Below, piece after piece: positions 49,701 to 58,626 of a stretch of DNA of 64,000 bases. The position numbers and the translations under genes are program-made. The stretch comes from an uncultured Nitrososphaerota archaeon (lineage in GTDB: Archaea > Thermoproteota > Methanomethylicia > Nezhaarchaeales > B40-G2): assembly GCA_964626365.1 (NCBI GenBank), contig CAZVDL010000003.1:23783-87782 (forward strand), given 5' to 3'. The notes under the pieces were generated by a model. That model worked only from the letters and a program-made list of their open reading frames with translations. It searched no databases and had not been told where the DNA came from. Every line of letters starts with the position of its first letter. Position 1 is the first letter of the stretch.

Positions 49701-50509
49701 CCAGGGTCTCAGCTACAGGTAGACAGATAGCTAGGGAGTACATTAAGGAGCACTTGGGGGAGGAGCTTTACCAGGGTAGAGAGTGGCCGGGTGAAGGAGC
49801 CCACGAGTGTATTAGGCCCACGAGGCCCATAGACGTGGAGCAGCTTAGGACCTTAGTGGAGACCGAGGCGTTGATGCTGCCTAAAAGGCCTACGAGGCGT
49901 CACTACGCCCTATACGACTTAATCTTTAGGAGGTTCATGGCCAGCCAGATGGTTAAGGCTAAAGTTAAGAGGGCGAGGATTAAGATAGACCTAGCTGGGT
50001 TCACAAAGGAGCTTGAGGGCGTCATAGACGTAGTGGAGCCAGGCTTCACTTTGATGTATAGGCCCACGTGGTTCTTCATACCCAAGGAGCTTGACGGATC
50101 CAAAGTGGTCAGCGTAGAGGCACGCGAGGTGCCCACCGTGCTGCCTTACACTCAGGGCGAGGTAATAGCGTTAATGAAGGAGAAAGGGATAGGTAGACCT
50201 TCAACTTACGCTAAGATCGTCGACACGCTGCTAAAGAGGAAGTATGTGGTTGAATCGAAGACAGGTAGGCTAATACCCACCTCAAGGGGCATTAAGGTGT
50301 ATAACTACTTGGCGTCTAAGTACGGCGAGCTGGTATCCGAGGAGAGGACCGCTAAGCTTGAGGAGCTAATGTACATGATAGAGAAGGGGGAGGCCGACTA
50401 CCAAGCAATACTGGAAGAACTATACTACGAGATGAAGCATCTACCTAGGGTCATAGCCCTGAGGACTAGGGGTTATAGCAAGGGACGCTCTACAACTCAC
50501 AGCAAATAA
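46781..50509 (+). CDS. rgy: reverse gyrase
   Basis: 1242 aa: N-terminal Zn finger CPNCKG...CHRC, SF2 helicase Walker A AVVAPTGVGKT, then a Toprim/topoisomerase IA module (LIVESPTKAKTIASFFG, second Zn ribbon CLACG...CPLCG). Confidence 0.9.
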   Translation: MDEATMKAIFKQACPNCKGDIGDDRLLAGLPCHRCLDDKTASEILRRAERGEDLKRLVIKALEDSGRLKHYVEAATPHLKVEEFNEFFKRAVGYPLWSAQRTWAKRILTGRSFAVVAPTGVGKTLFGLAMSAYLASKGKRCYIVSPTTLLVEQARKRLEEIIKTSGLNIRLAYYSAALHKADKEEQVRRIKEKDFDVLITTSSFLARKFNLLKKCRFDFIFVDDVDAILKASKNIDRVLVLLGLSDEIVEKTLELIKLRREVARAARHREPNLEELRTKAEELSKEVEKAVKRRKLGLLVVSTATGRARGTRVKLFRELLGFEVGSRAEAIRNIQDLYAKPRGDLDDEVVDLVSKLGGGGLVFVPLDRGVEVAERVTQKLKERGVKAELVYAKGRKEEIAAFAEGEISVLVGMASYYGLLVRGLDLPETVRYAVFAGVPKMRFTLDLKEAYPSRILQLLVDVKDALSGDEQTKALRLIGRMRRLLWRLTPAAFEELRKALDSGVEPPSWLRQAYYTVKEAAEFVFQVLSREEVKAKLRESSYLSFTEEEGKVVVTVPDVPTYIQASGRTSRLYAGGVSKGVSVVFVDDERVFNGLVRQTRWLAEEVKWASIDEVDLGALMKEVDEDRERIRRLLRGEVRAEGFEPVKSVLLIVESPTKAKTIASFFGKPSRRRIGEITAYEVGTGKYILNVVATGGHVYDLVTKGGYYGVRIEDGRFIPVYATIKRCLACGDQFVDQGHCPLCGSKEFRDSLETIEALRDLASEFDLTYVGTDPDTEGEKISWDVTCSLKPYSNVLKRVEFHEVTRPALLRALEELRGINEGLVEANIVRRVEDRWIGFELSRRLWKVFGSRHLSAGRVQTPVLGWIIKRFEEFKNSRKLVYNVQLDIDYRVTLDDVPREIPQEEVVRKLSEATCKVVEFEEVEEEVSPPPPFTTDALLKEASARLRLGAAETMSIAQDLFELGLITYHRTDNTRVSATGRQIAREYIKEHLGEELYQGREWPGEGAHECIRPTRPIDVEQLRTLVETEALMLPKRPTRRHYALYDLIFRRFMASQMVKAKVKRARIKIDLAGFTKELEGVIDVVEPGFTLMYRPTWFFIPKELDGSKVVSVEAREVPTVLPYTQGEVIALMKEKGIGRPSTYAKIVDTLLKRKYVVESKTGRLIPTSRGIKVYNYLASKYGELVSEERTAKLEELMYMIEKGEADYQAILEELYYEMKHLPRVIALRTRGYSKGRSTTHSK

Positions 50510-51707
50510 TATGCGTAGTTAATTTGCCGTGCATAAGCCATCGGGTCCAAAGCACTACAAGCCCTAGGTCACGGATCGCCCTCAAGAGACGTTCATGAGA
50601 GGAGGTAATAGCTATAAGCTTAGAGCCACGAGCCGCCTGCCTAAAGCTGGCGAGAAGCCTATGATAGAACTCACCTATTTTCTTTAGCGATGGTCCCGAC
50701 CTCAAGCCATACGGAGGGTTAACTATTATGTGGGATGGAGTGAAGTCTAAGTGCTCCTTAAGCCTGAGGGCGTCTCCCAGCCTAAGCTTCACCGTATCAT
50801 CCACTCCAGCCGACCTAGCATTTAACACAGCTCCCTTCAGGTGTTTAGGTGAGCAGTCTATGCCGTAAATGGGATAAAGGTCTAAGTTAACCTCGTGTAG
50901 CAGCTCCTCAACCACCTTGACTTCAAGCTCCCTCTCAATGAAACGCAGCCGCCTATAAGCAAAGTCCCTCCTATAGACACCGGGGGGCACACGACGAGCT
51001 ATGAGAGCAGCCTCAATAGGGATAGTGCCTCCTCCACACATGGGGTCTAAGAGAGGAGCATCATGCTCCCAGTTGCTTAGGAGTATCATAGAGGAGGCTA
51101 TCGTGCTCTTAAGCGCCGCTGGATGGTCGTAGACCCTGTAATTTCTCATGTGAAGCGAGTAGCCGGTTAAATCTAAACCCAGCGTGAAATCCTCATCCCT
51201 CAGGACGCATTCGACTATCACCTCAGGGCCTTTAAGATCAACCTTCAGCCTAGAGCCCTTCACTGACCTGTACGAGTCTATGATGGCTTGGCCCACCTTA
51301 GAAGCTATATCTAGGCTCGTAAAGGGATGCGCGCCCTTCCTCTCAGCCTTAACCGCGAAGCTTTGATCGGAGTCTATCAGGGAGGTGTAATCTATGGATA
51401 AAGCCTCCCGGTATATGTCGTCGAGAGAGGACACCTTAGCTTTGAGGAGCACCATGACCACTCTGTGTAGCGTACGGGACGCTAAGTTAAGCTTCAAGGC
51501 ACCCCTTAAGTCTGAGTCGAAGAAAATCCTTCCAACCCCAAGCTTTGGCTTAACCCCTAACAGCGATTGAACCTCCCACGCCGATACGTCCTCTAGTCCC
51601 CTATTGACAGTTGCGTAGAACGTAGGCAACCTAAGACAGTCTACGTTAAAGAAACTTAAAAAATGCGCCGCGTAAGCACGTGGCGTCGTGTACTCGCCAA
51701 CTTCCAT
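50490..51707 (-). CDS. THUMP-domain tRNA (guanine-N2)-methyltransferase (Trm14/TrmG10-like)
   Basis: N-terminal THUMP region and C-terminal SAM MTase with GGGTIPIEAA and NPPYG (D/NPPY) motifs; convergent 20-nt overlap with rgy. Confidence 0.6.
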   Translation of the reverse strand: MEVGEYTTPRAYAAHFLSFFNVDCLRLPTFYATVNRGLEDVSAWEVQSLLGVKPKLGVGRIFFDSDLRGALKLNLASRTLHRVVMVLLKAKVSSLDDIYREALSIDYTSLIDSDQSFAVKAERKGAHPFTSLDIASKVGQAIIDSYRSVKGSRLKVDLKGPEVIVECVLRDEDFTLGLDLTGYSLHMRNYRVYDHPAALKSTIASSMILLSNWEHDAPLLDPMCGGGTIPIEAALIARRVPPGVYRRDFAYRRLRFIERELEVKVVEELLHEVNLDLYPIYGIDCSPKHLKGAVLNARSAGVDDTVKLRLGDALRLKEHLDFTPSHIIVNPPYGLRSGPSLKKIGEFYHRLLASFRQAARGSKLIAITSSHERLLRAIRDLGLVVLWTRWLMHGKLTTHIICCEL

Positions 51708-51812
51708 CTTTACCTCAAGTTTATCCTCGTACGCTCGGGAAGAGATCTGAAATAGACGGCGCGTGGCTTAATGGAGAGAAGCTTTAAGGCAGCTTCTAAA
51801 ATCCTAATTACT

Positions 51813-51885
51813 GGGCCGGTAGTTCAGCTGGTAGAATGCCCGCCTTGCACGCGGGAGGTCGCGGGTTCAAATCCCGCCCGGTCCA
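51813..51885 (+). tRNA. tRNA-Ala(TGC), intron-less
   Basis: GGGCCGG...anticodon arm CCCGC-CTTGCAC-GCGGG, G3:U70 identity pair, T-arm GCGGGTTCAAATCCCGC. Confidence 0.9.
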
Positions 51886-52019
51886 TCACCCACCTTCACT
51901 TCTAATGAAGGCTTTACAGGAGCCTAAATGAGGCCTCTCTACGTAAGAGCTAGACCCTACGCTTAGGAAACTGCTTGCTTTTAAGATAGTCTCATCAGTT
52001 AGCTTTCACCTTTGAGGTA

Positions 52020-52980
52020 TTACCTAGGGAGGAAGAAAGCGAATATTGCTAGGTCTACGACGTCTACGGCACCGTCGTTGTTTAAGTCAGCTTCGTTTAT
52101 GAAACCAGGTTCATTGGCTTTGGCCCCATAGGAAAGCTGAAGAATGGTCAAGTCGTTTAGGTCTATGGAGCCGTCGCGGTTAAGTCGGCTATTTGAGCCT
52201 GAATATGGAGTTTGAGGGTAAAGAGCCTTAAATGTCGATCGGTCTCTCCAAAGCCTGCTAGGATCATGGAGACGTCGCTTGAAAGCTGGACGTTTTGAGC
52301 TGTGCAGAGGAGTGGATGATGGTATGGCGGTCCTCCTTTCTCAAAAGTCTGTGAAGGACCAAATTATGGTGCCGTTCTCATTGAGTAAGTAGAGGGCGTC
52401 CATGCCATCCAGGGCTATGTATCTGCCGTCAGAGGTGATGGCTATGGCATTGTGGCCTATGGGCCCAACAGTCCTTTGCCATATTATCTCGCCGCGCTTA
52501 TTGAGCGTGTAGAGCACACCTTGAGCAAATACTGCTATTCTCGACAGGTCTGGAGTGGCAGCACCGTATTGTATTATTTCAGGTGCTTCGAAGCACCGCA
52601 GTAAGTTACCTTGAAAGTCGTAGGCGCGAAGCTCCTGTCCCTTGCCTCCAACCACAATCAAATCGTTATTCTCGCTTATAAATAGAATAAAGGGGACGTA
52701 ACCCCCATGGAAACGCTTCCAGAGCAGCGAGCCGTTGATCGTGAAGAGGTAAAGGTAACCGTCAGTGCTGGCTGCCGCTAAGTACTGGCCGTCGTGGCTG
52801 AACTCCAGTTCACGTACGTGGTCTCCAGTCTCGTAGTTCCATAGCAGAGACCGGTGTCTGCGTCGTATAGGCCTATGTAGCCTCTTCCATCGGGCGTGGG
52901 CCTAACGCTAAGACCTGCCGTTATGTGAAAGCTTCACCTCCCTGATGGGCCCGTGAAGACCCGCTCGCTGCGTGAAATCC
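52020..52980 (-). pseudogene. degraded surface protein: beta-propeller repeats plus two dockerin-like repeats
   Basis: Only a 106-aa intact ORF remains (propeller-like GEIIWQ...DGRYIAL...ENGTIIWSF). It ends at a TGA that is in frame with the downstream ...LNRDGSIDLNDLTILQL...ADLNNDGAVDVVDLAIF dockerin pair. The upstream part is broken by further stops. Confidence 0.45.
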
Positions 52981-53202
52981 TTCAAGGGGAGAATTCAGGG
53001 CTTGTCCCATGGCTTAACAATAACTTTAATGTACCTAGGTTAAAAGCGTAATGGGTTGAGGAGAACTGAACTGGGCGGTAAGCGAAGGGTTGACGTTAAA
53101 ATCGGTCAGTAAATGCCACGATGTTAGCAGCCAGCCTCAGCGATTTAGCCTAAGCAAAACCTTAAAGGTTTAAGGACCTAGACAGATTAAGGGGGCAAAG
53201 CG

Positions 53203-53352
53203 TTGAAGGTGGAGTTAAAGGTGGATGGAAGAGAGGTGCCGTTAAACCCCTTCGTGAGCAAGATCGTGGGAAACCTTCTTCAAGCTATAATCTCGTCGCT
53301 CCACGGCATAGATGAGGCTTGGAGGGAGGCTGTATTTAAGCTGGAGAGGTGA
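53203..53352 (+). CDS. possible 49-aa small ORF translationally coupled to the ferredoxin/AOR operon
   Basis: TTG start; LKVELKVDGREVPLNPFVSKIVGNLLQAIISSLHGIDEAWREAVFKLER; its stop overlaps the GTG start of the ferredoxin gene. Confidence 0.2.
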   Translation: MKVELKVDGREVPLNPFVSKIVGNLLQAIISSLHGIDEAWREAVFKLER

Positions 53353-53762
53353 GCTTCTTGGCTAGGAGGTTGGCGATAGTCGACGTGGACCGCTGCGTAG
53401 GCTGTCAATGCTGCATGTTCGCGTGCACTAGGCGCCTCGACTATGCGGGGCTCGGTAAGTCTGCAATCAAGGTTAGGTCTGCAGGCGGAGTAGAGAGAGG
53501 GTACGTAGTCATCGTATGTCGCGCCTGCCCAGACCCCCCTTGTGCTAAGGTGTGCCCTGTAGACGCTATAAACCTAAGGAAAGGTGGAGGGGTTTTCGTC
53601 AACCCTTCACTATGCATAGGCTGTCAGCTATGTAGCGAGGCCTGCCCCTTCGGAGCCGTGGGGTGGGATGTGGAGATCAATAAGCCCGTCATCTGTATGC
53701 ACTGTGGTTACTGCGTGGAATTTTGCCCCCACAACGTCCTTAAGGTAGAGGAGGTGGAATGA
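53349..53762 (+). CDS. 4Fe-4S ferredoxin (poly-cluster), partner of AOR
   Basis: four CxxCxxCxxxCP motifs in 137 aa; overlaps the aor start. Confidence 0.7.
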   Translation: MSFLARRLAIVDVDRCVGCQCCMFACTRRLDYAGLGKSAIKVRSAGGVERGYVVIVCRACPDPPCAKVCPVDAINLRKGGGVFVNPSLCIGCQLCSEACPFGAVGWDVEINKPVICMHCGYCVEFCPHNVLKVEEVE

Positions 53763-55516
53763 TGATACCTTCTAGGGTCCTATACGTGGACTTAGAGAGG
53801 AGGAGGTTTAAGGTAGAGGATAGAAGGGAGCTCTTTGAGAAGAGGCTTGGAGGGACTGGCGTAGCCATAGAGCTTCTTAAAGAGGAGTGCCCTAGAGGTG
53901 CAGACCCTCTAGGCCCCGACAACCCCATAATCTTCGCTGTAGGCCCCCTCACAGGGCTCTTACCCATGGCGTCTAAGACCGTGGCCATGTTTAAGTCCCC
54001 CTTAACTGGGAGCCTAGGCGAAAGCCACGCTGGGGGTAGGAGCGCTATAGCTATTAGGTCGGCTGGCTACGGAGCGATAGTCATCAAGGGCGCTAGCAGA
54101 TCCCCCGTGTACCTAGTCATTGATAGCTCAGGAGCTAAGTTTAGAGAGGCATCAGCACTATGGGGTGTAGCTAGTAGCTTCACCGTAGGTAGGGTGATTA
54201 GAGAGAGGGAGGCTGGAGCTGGGCTTAGAACCATTATGAGGATAGGTAGGGCTGGTGAGAAACTCGTAGCCTACGCCTCAGTGATCACCGAGACGTACAG
54301 ACACTTCGGTAGGCATGGATTAGGGGCCGTGTTTGGCAGTAAGAAGCTTAAAGCGATAGTCGTGCAGGGGGACCAAGCGTTAAAGATAACAAACCCAGCT
54401 CAGTACAAGGATCTCTACTTAAGGGTGTTTAATGAGGCCGTTAAGTCAGCCTTAATGAAGAAGTACCATGACCTTGGCACCGCCGCCAACATTCTACCTC
54501 TAAACTCTATTAAGGCCCTACCCACCAAGAACCTCACTCAGCAGGGCTTTGAAGGAGCTGAGGAAATATCCGGCGAGAACCTAGCTGAACAGTACTTAGG
54601 TAGACGTATAGCTTGTTCTCACTGTCCCGTAGCTTGCATCCACCTAGCAGCTCTACGCGAACCCTACGTGGACGAACCCTACTTCTATAAGACTACGTTC
54701 GTAAGCTATGATTACGAGCTCCTCTACGCTCTCGGCTCCATGATAGGGGTATCGAACGTGCCAGGGCTGCTCAGGCTTATACATGAAGTGGACAAGCTAG
54801 GGCTCGACGCCATGAGCACAGGGGTGGCTTTGGCGTGGGCTACGGAGGCCTACCTCAACGGCTTAATAGGGGACGCTGAGACCATGGGGGTCAAGCTAAG
54901 TTGGGGAGATGCGGAGGCTTACCTTAGGGCCGTCCAGTACATAGTGGAGCAACCTAACGAGTTCTACTCGTCGTTAGCTAAGGGCGTAGAGGTGGCCGCC
55001 TCAAGGTACGGCGGCTTAGATTACGCCTTAAGCTTTGGAGGGCTCGAGATGCCTGGGTATCAAACTGGGCTGGCCGCCTACGTAGGCTACCTTACGGGGG
55101 CGAGGCATAGCCACTTAGACTCAGCGGGCTATAGCTTAGACCAGAAGGCGTTAAAGGAGGGAAGGAAGCTTAGCCCACAAGAGGTAGCTGAGGCCCTAGT
55201 TAGGGAGGAGGCTTGGCGCCAAATATTGACCAGCCTAGTAGTCTGCCTCTTCGCTAGGGAGATCTATAGGCCTGGTTTAGTCGCTGAGGCTCTAAGCTTA
55301 ACAGGCTTGGACTTTAGCGTGGAGGACCTTAATAGGCTGGGGCTAAACATACTAAGGGCGAAGCAGGAGTTTAAGTTTAGAGAGGGCTTCGACCCCTCGA
55401 AGCTCAGGATACCTAAGAGGATCCTCGAGGCACCGACGCCCTCTGGAGGGATAACGGAGGAAGACGTTAGGGAGGCCGTGAGGAGGTACTTCGACTTACT
55501 CTTTTCTTCTTCTTAG
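53759..55516 (+). CDS. aor: tungsten-containing aldehyde:ferredoxin oxidoreductase family protein
   Basis: 585 aa; the N-terminal VLYVDLERRRFKVEDRRELFEKRLGGTGVAIELL and central domains are characteristic of the AOR/FOR/GAPOR family. Confidence 0.85.
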   Translation: MMIPSRVLYVDLERRRFKVEDRRELFEKRLGGTGVAIELLKEECPRGADPLGPDNPIIFAVGPLTGLLPMASKTVAMFKSPLTGSLGESHAGGRSAIAIRSAGYGAIVIKGASRSPVYLVIDSSGAKFREASALWGVASSFTVGRVIREREAGAGLRTIMRIGRAGEKLVAYASVITETYRHFGRHGLGAVFGSKKLKAIVVQGDQALKITNPAQYKDLYLRVFNEAVKSALMKKYHDLGTAANILPLNSIKALPTKNLTQQGFEGAEEISGENLAEQYLGRRIACSHCPVACIHLAALREPYVDEPYFYKTTFVSYDYELLYALGSMIGVSNVPGLLRLIHEVDKLGLDAMSTGVALAWATEAYLNGLIGDAETMGVKLSWGDAEAYLRAVQYIVEQPNEFYSSLAKGVEVAASRYGGLDYALSFGGLEMPGYQTGLAAYVGYLTGARHSHLDSAGYSLDQKALKEGRKLSPQEVAEALVREEAWRQILTSLVVCLFAREIYRPGLVAEALSLTGLDFSVEDLNRLGLNILRAKQEFKFREGFDPSKLRIPKRILEAPTPSGGITEEDVREAVRRYFDLLFSSS

Positions 55517-55754
55517 AGGAGTGCTCGCTTAGGGTCCTTAAAAACCTCTTAACCATCTCCTTATCCTCAAAGAATTCCTCCAATAGCTCTTCGAGCTCTC
55601 CTTCAAGCTTCCTCATCTTGAGGTAAGTGGCTATCAAGTAGGCCGTAGCCTTACCGTATACTTGAGCTATGCAGTCCATCAATTCATCGTCTAAGGGTTC
55701 ACTCAATTTCAACCCTCCTCTACTTTGACGGTCAACCTGCCGTCTACGAAGCAT
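55467..55754 (-). CDS. hypothetical small protein downstream of the two-domain KaiC
   Basis: Likely start MDCIAQVYGK near 55677; basic Ser/Lys-rich C-terminus; convergent 50-nt overlap with the aor 3' end. Confidence 0.25.
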   Translation of the reverse strand: MLRRRQVDRQSRGGLKLSEPLDDELMDCIAQVYGKATAYLIATYLKMRKLEGELEELLEEFFEDKEMVKRFLRTLSEHSSKKKKRVSRSTSSRPP

Positions 55755-57097
55755 AGTTCATACACCCTATCGTCGGCCTGGGTCATCCTCGACTTTAAGA
55801 CCATGAGCTTCCTGTGCACTCTGTTGCCCTCAACCTTCATGTCGGTCAGGATGACGTTGTCGGACGAGTTGATTAGCCACGCAGTCTTAGCTAAGGGGTC
55901 CACCTTCGCCATACAGTAAATGGCGGTTATGCCATGGTACTTAAGGAAGGATATAACCTCCTCTAAGATTTGTTGGAACGCCGCCTCGTCATAGAACCTC
56001 TTGAGCGCCGCTAGCCCATCTATGATAGCTAGATCCTTGTCGAAGCCCCTCATAACGTGTACTTGGTGGAGGTGGTACCTAAGCGCCCCGGAGGGCATTA
56101 CGTGAGGTAAGTGGGGTACTACCTTGAGGCTCCTAGACTCGAGCTCCTCATAGCTGTAGCCTAGACCTCTTAGGCTGTGTTCGAGATGGCTTTTGGGTTC
56201 CTCGAAGTTTATGTAGACTATATTAAGGCCTTTAAAGGCTGCCTCAGCCGCTATAGTTAAAGCCAGCACGGTTTTGCCCGAGCCTGAGGAGCCGATTATT
56301 AAAGTGCTCGAGCCCTTACTGAGCCCACCCCCTAACATTTCATCGAGTCCCTTGACCCCGGTGCTAATTTTGACGTCAGGTCGTACGCAGGCTTCAGACG
56401 TCTTAAGCGGGACGAAAACTATGAAGCCGACCTTAGGTACAATGCTATATTCGTAGACCGCGTTTAGGATGGGAGTACCCCTCATCTTGACTATCTCCAT
56501 GGTCCTCCTTAAGGACCTATAAGGCTCGTATTGAAGCCTCAAAAGAATAACGGAATCAACTATGAACTCCTCTACGCCGTAGCCGACTTTACTTTCACCG
56601 AAGGGTAGATCGGCCACCAATATTATCGTTAAGTTCTTAACGTTAGCTAGGTTAGATAATGCGTTATGGAGTATGCTCCTAACCTCGAGCGATGAAGCTA
56701 GCTGGAGTATGGGGGTTATGGAGTCTATCACCAAGCGCTTTGCCTCTAGTTTCTCGACAACCTCTAAGATCTCAGCTAAAAAATGCCCTAGTACATCCCT
56801 GTCAAGGACCGTGGGTGCACCTAAGAACTTAAAGAGACCCCCATTTTCAATCTCCTTAAAGTTTAACCCCTGCTGCGCCATGTATACATAGAACTTGCCC
56901 TTGGTCTCAGCAAAGCTGACGTAGATCCCAGGCTCACCATAGTCCTTGGCTCCCTTAAAGAGAAACTTGGCAACAAACGAGGTCTTGCCAGTCCCCGGGT
57001 TTCCTGCAAGGAGGGTCAAGGTACCTCTAACCAGTCCACCGCCCGTAATTTCATCAAACCCCTCTATCCCTGTAGGGCATCTAACTATGCTCTCCAT
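55709..57097 (-). CDS. two-domain KaiC-like ATPase
   Basis: Two RecA-like domains, each with a Walker A (LLAGNPGTGKTSF and IIGSSGSGKTVLAL); 462 aa. Confidence 0.75.
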   Translation of the reverse strand: MESIVRCPTGIEGFDEITGGGLVRGTLTLLAGNPGTGKTSFVAKFLFKGAKDYGEPGIYVSFAETKGKFYVYMAQQGLNFKEIENGGLFKFLGAPTVLDRDVLGHFLAEILEVVEKLEAKRLVIDSITPILQLASSLEVRSILHNALSNLANVKNLTIILVADLPFGESKVGYGVEEFIVDSVILLRLQYEPYRSLRRTMEIVKMRGTPILNAVYEYSIVPKVGFIVFVPLKTSEACVRPDVKISTGVKGLDEMLGGGLSKGSSTLIIGSSGSGKTVLALTIAAEAAFKGLNIVYINFEEPKSHLEHSLRGLGYSYEELESRSLKVVPHLPHVMPSGALRYHLHQVHVMRGFDKDLAIIDGLAALKRFYDEAAFQQILEEVISFLKYHGITAIYCMAKVDPLAKTAWLINSSDNVILTDMKVEGNRVHRKLMVLKSRMTQADDRVYELCFVDGRLTVKVEEG

Positions 57098-57533
57098 TGT
57101 GATCCCTGCGTATCTGAATATGTAGATACAGAAATAAAACCTTTTCCTCTAGGATAATAATCCTATTGCTTTGACAAATATACAATACTACAAAAAGAGG
57201 GACCTAAGATACCTGTAACGTTTAAGGATCACACACCCGACTTTAAGGCCCTTTGGGCCGGGATTTCCTTAATGATAGTAATGGTAATTGTTGGAGGCCC
57301 GGGCCGGGATTTTCGGGCCCAGCCTCTCGAACCCGGCTCTGCGGCTCCACAGGCCGCGGTGTTACCCCTACACCACCCGGGCCGTTGATTGGGAGGTAGT
57401 GCTCGGATATAAGCTTCGTTGCGACGCTGGACTTACCTTCTTCAAGTACCTCTACAGTATTCCCGGTTCATAAAGGAGATATAAGGGGGGAGGGGGCAGG
57501 ACGTGGGGGCCTAATGCCAATGACCTAGACTGA

Positions 57534-57791
57534 GTGTGGTGGAGACTTTTGAAGTTCAAGAGATCGTACTACGAGATCATCTACGATATTCTAAGGTTCT
57601 GCGTAAAGCCTAGGAGGATAAGCGGCATAGCTCAACATTGCAACCTAAACACCGTTAACGCTAAGAAGTACCTTGAGGAACTAACCCGTAAAGGATTAAT
57701 TAAGAAGATTGACGACAGCTACATAACCAGCGAGAAGGGTTTTGAGTATCTGAAGGCGTTTGAGGAGTTTTATAGGCTACTTTTCGCTTAA
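57534..57791 (+). CDS. small winged-helix transcription regulator (HTH_45-like)
   Basis: RSYYEIIYDILRF...ISGIAQHCNLNTVNAKKYLEELTRKGLIKK...YITSEKGFEYLKAF matches the 80-aa wHTH family; low GC. Confidence 0.45.
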   Translation: MWWRLLKFKRSYYEIIYDILRFCVKPRRISGIAQHCNLNTVNAKKYLEELTRKGLIKKIDDSYITSEKGFEYLKAFEEFYRLLFA

Positions 57792-57801
57792 GAGCTAAAG
57801 C

Positions 57802-58626
57802 TTGGAGGCCGCGTACATGAAGCAGCGATGGTTGGAAATAGCTAAGAGAGCCGTTATTGAGGCCAGGAGAGCGGTAATTGATAGTCTTAATAAAGGAGGG
57901 AAGAGAGCGGTTAAAGTAGGTGCTAGCGGAGATGAAAGCCTGGAGGTTGATGTAGCAGCCGAGGATGCTATAGTGAAGGTTCTAAGGGAGGAGCTAACTA
58001 AGGCTACATTGGTTAGCGAGGAACTAGGTGTGGTAGATTGGGGGGGTGGAGGTCCTCCATATGTCTTCGTCGACCCTTTAGACGGTAGCTTAAATGCTAA
58101 ACGCGGCTACCCATGCTTCTCATCCATGGTGGCGTTGGCCTCGGGCGCGAAGTTAATGGACGTTGAGGTTACGGCCACATTAAATCTCCTTACGGGAGAC
58201 TTATACTGCGCAGTTAAAGGTGAGGGGGCCACATTAAATGACAGGGAGGTGAAGACCTCAGACGTAACTAGGTTGAGTGAGGCCTTAGTTAGCATAGACT
58301 TCTCTAAGAAAGGTAGGCCTGAAGGCTACGCCCTCAAGATAGCCCCTATAATAGAGACGGCAAGGTATGTTAGGTTTCTAGGGAGCAATTCATTAGAGGT
58401 TAGCTTGGTGGCTACAGGAGCTTGCGATGCCTTCATAGACTTAAGGGGGGACTTAAGGATCCTTGACGTAGCAGGGCCTATATTAATGGTTAGAGAGGCT
58501 GGAGGAGCTGTGTACATTGAGCCGGGAGGCCTTAACGTCGAGGTGGGGGTCGATTCCAAGGTAAAGCTGATAGTTGCTGGTAGGGCTGAGCTTATCGAGG
58601 AGGTTTTAAGCCGAGTAGAGGTCTAA
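57802..58626 (+). CDS. suhB: inositol monophosphatase / fructose-1,6-bisphosphatase family protein
   Basis: VSEE, FVDPLDGSLN and WD...GG metal-binding motifs of the IMPase/FBPase (class IV) fold. Confidence 0.8.
   Translation: MEAAYMKQRWLEIAKRAVIEARRAVIDSLNKGGKRAVKVGASGDESLEVDVAAEDAIVKVLREELTKATLVSEELGVVDWGGGGPPYVFVDPLDGSLNAKRGYPCFSSMVALASGAKLMDVEVTATLNLLTGDLYCAVKGEGATLNDREVKTSDVTRLSEALVSIDFSKKGRPEGYALKIAPIIETARYVRFLGSNSLEVSLVATGACDAFIDLRGDLRILDVAGPILMVREAGGAVYIEPGGLNVEVGVDSKVKLIVAGRAELIEEVLSRVEV

Noticed and set aside
50490-50509. Convergent overlaps of rgy with the THUMP methyltransferase gene, and of aor with the small ORF at 55467-55516
   Set aside because: Short convergent 3' overlaps are common in compact archaeal genomes and the upstream starts of the minus-strand ORFs are uncertain, so I do not read this as regulatory.
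57288-57473. 61-aa ORF in the KaiC/wHTH intergenic region
   Set aside because: It overlaps the palindromic and direct-repeat element, has no start context or conservation signal, and is more likely regulatory DNA.
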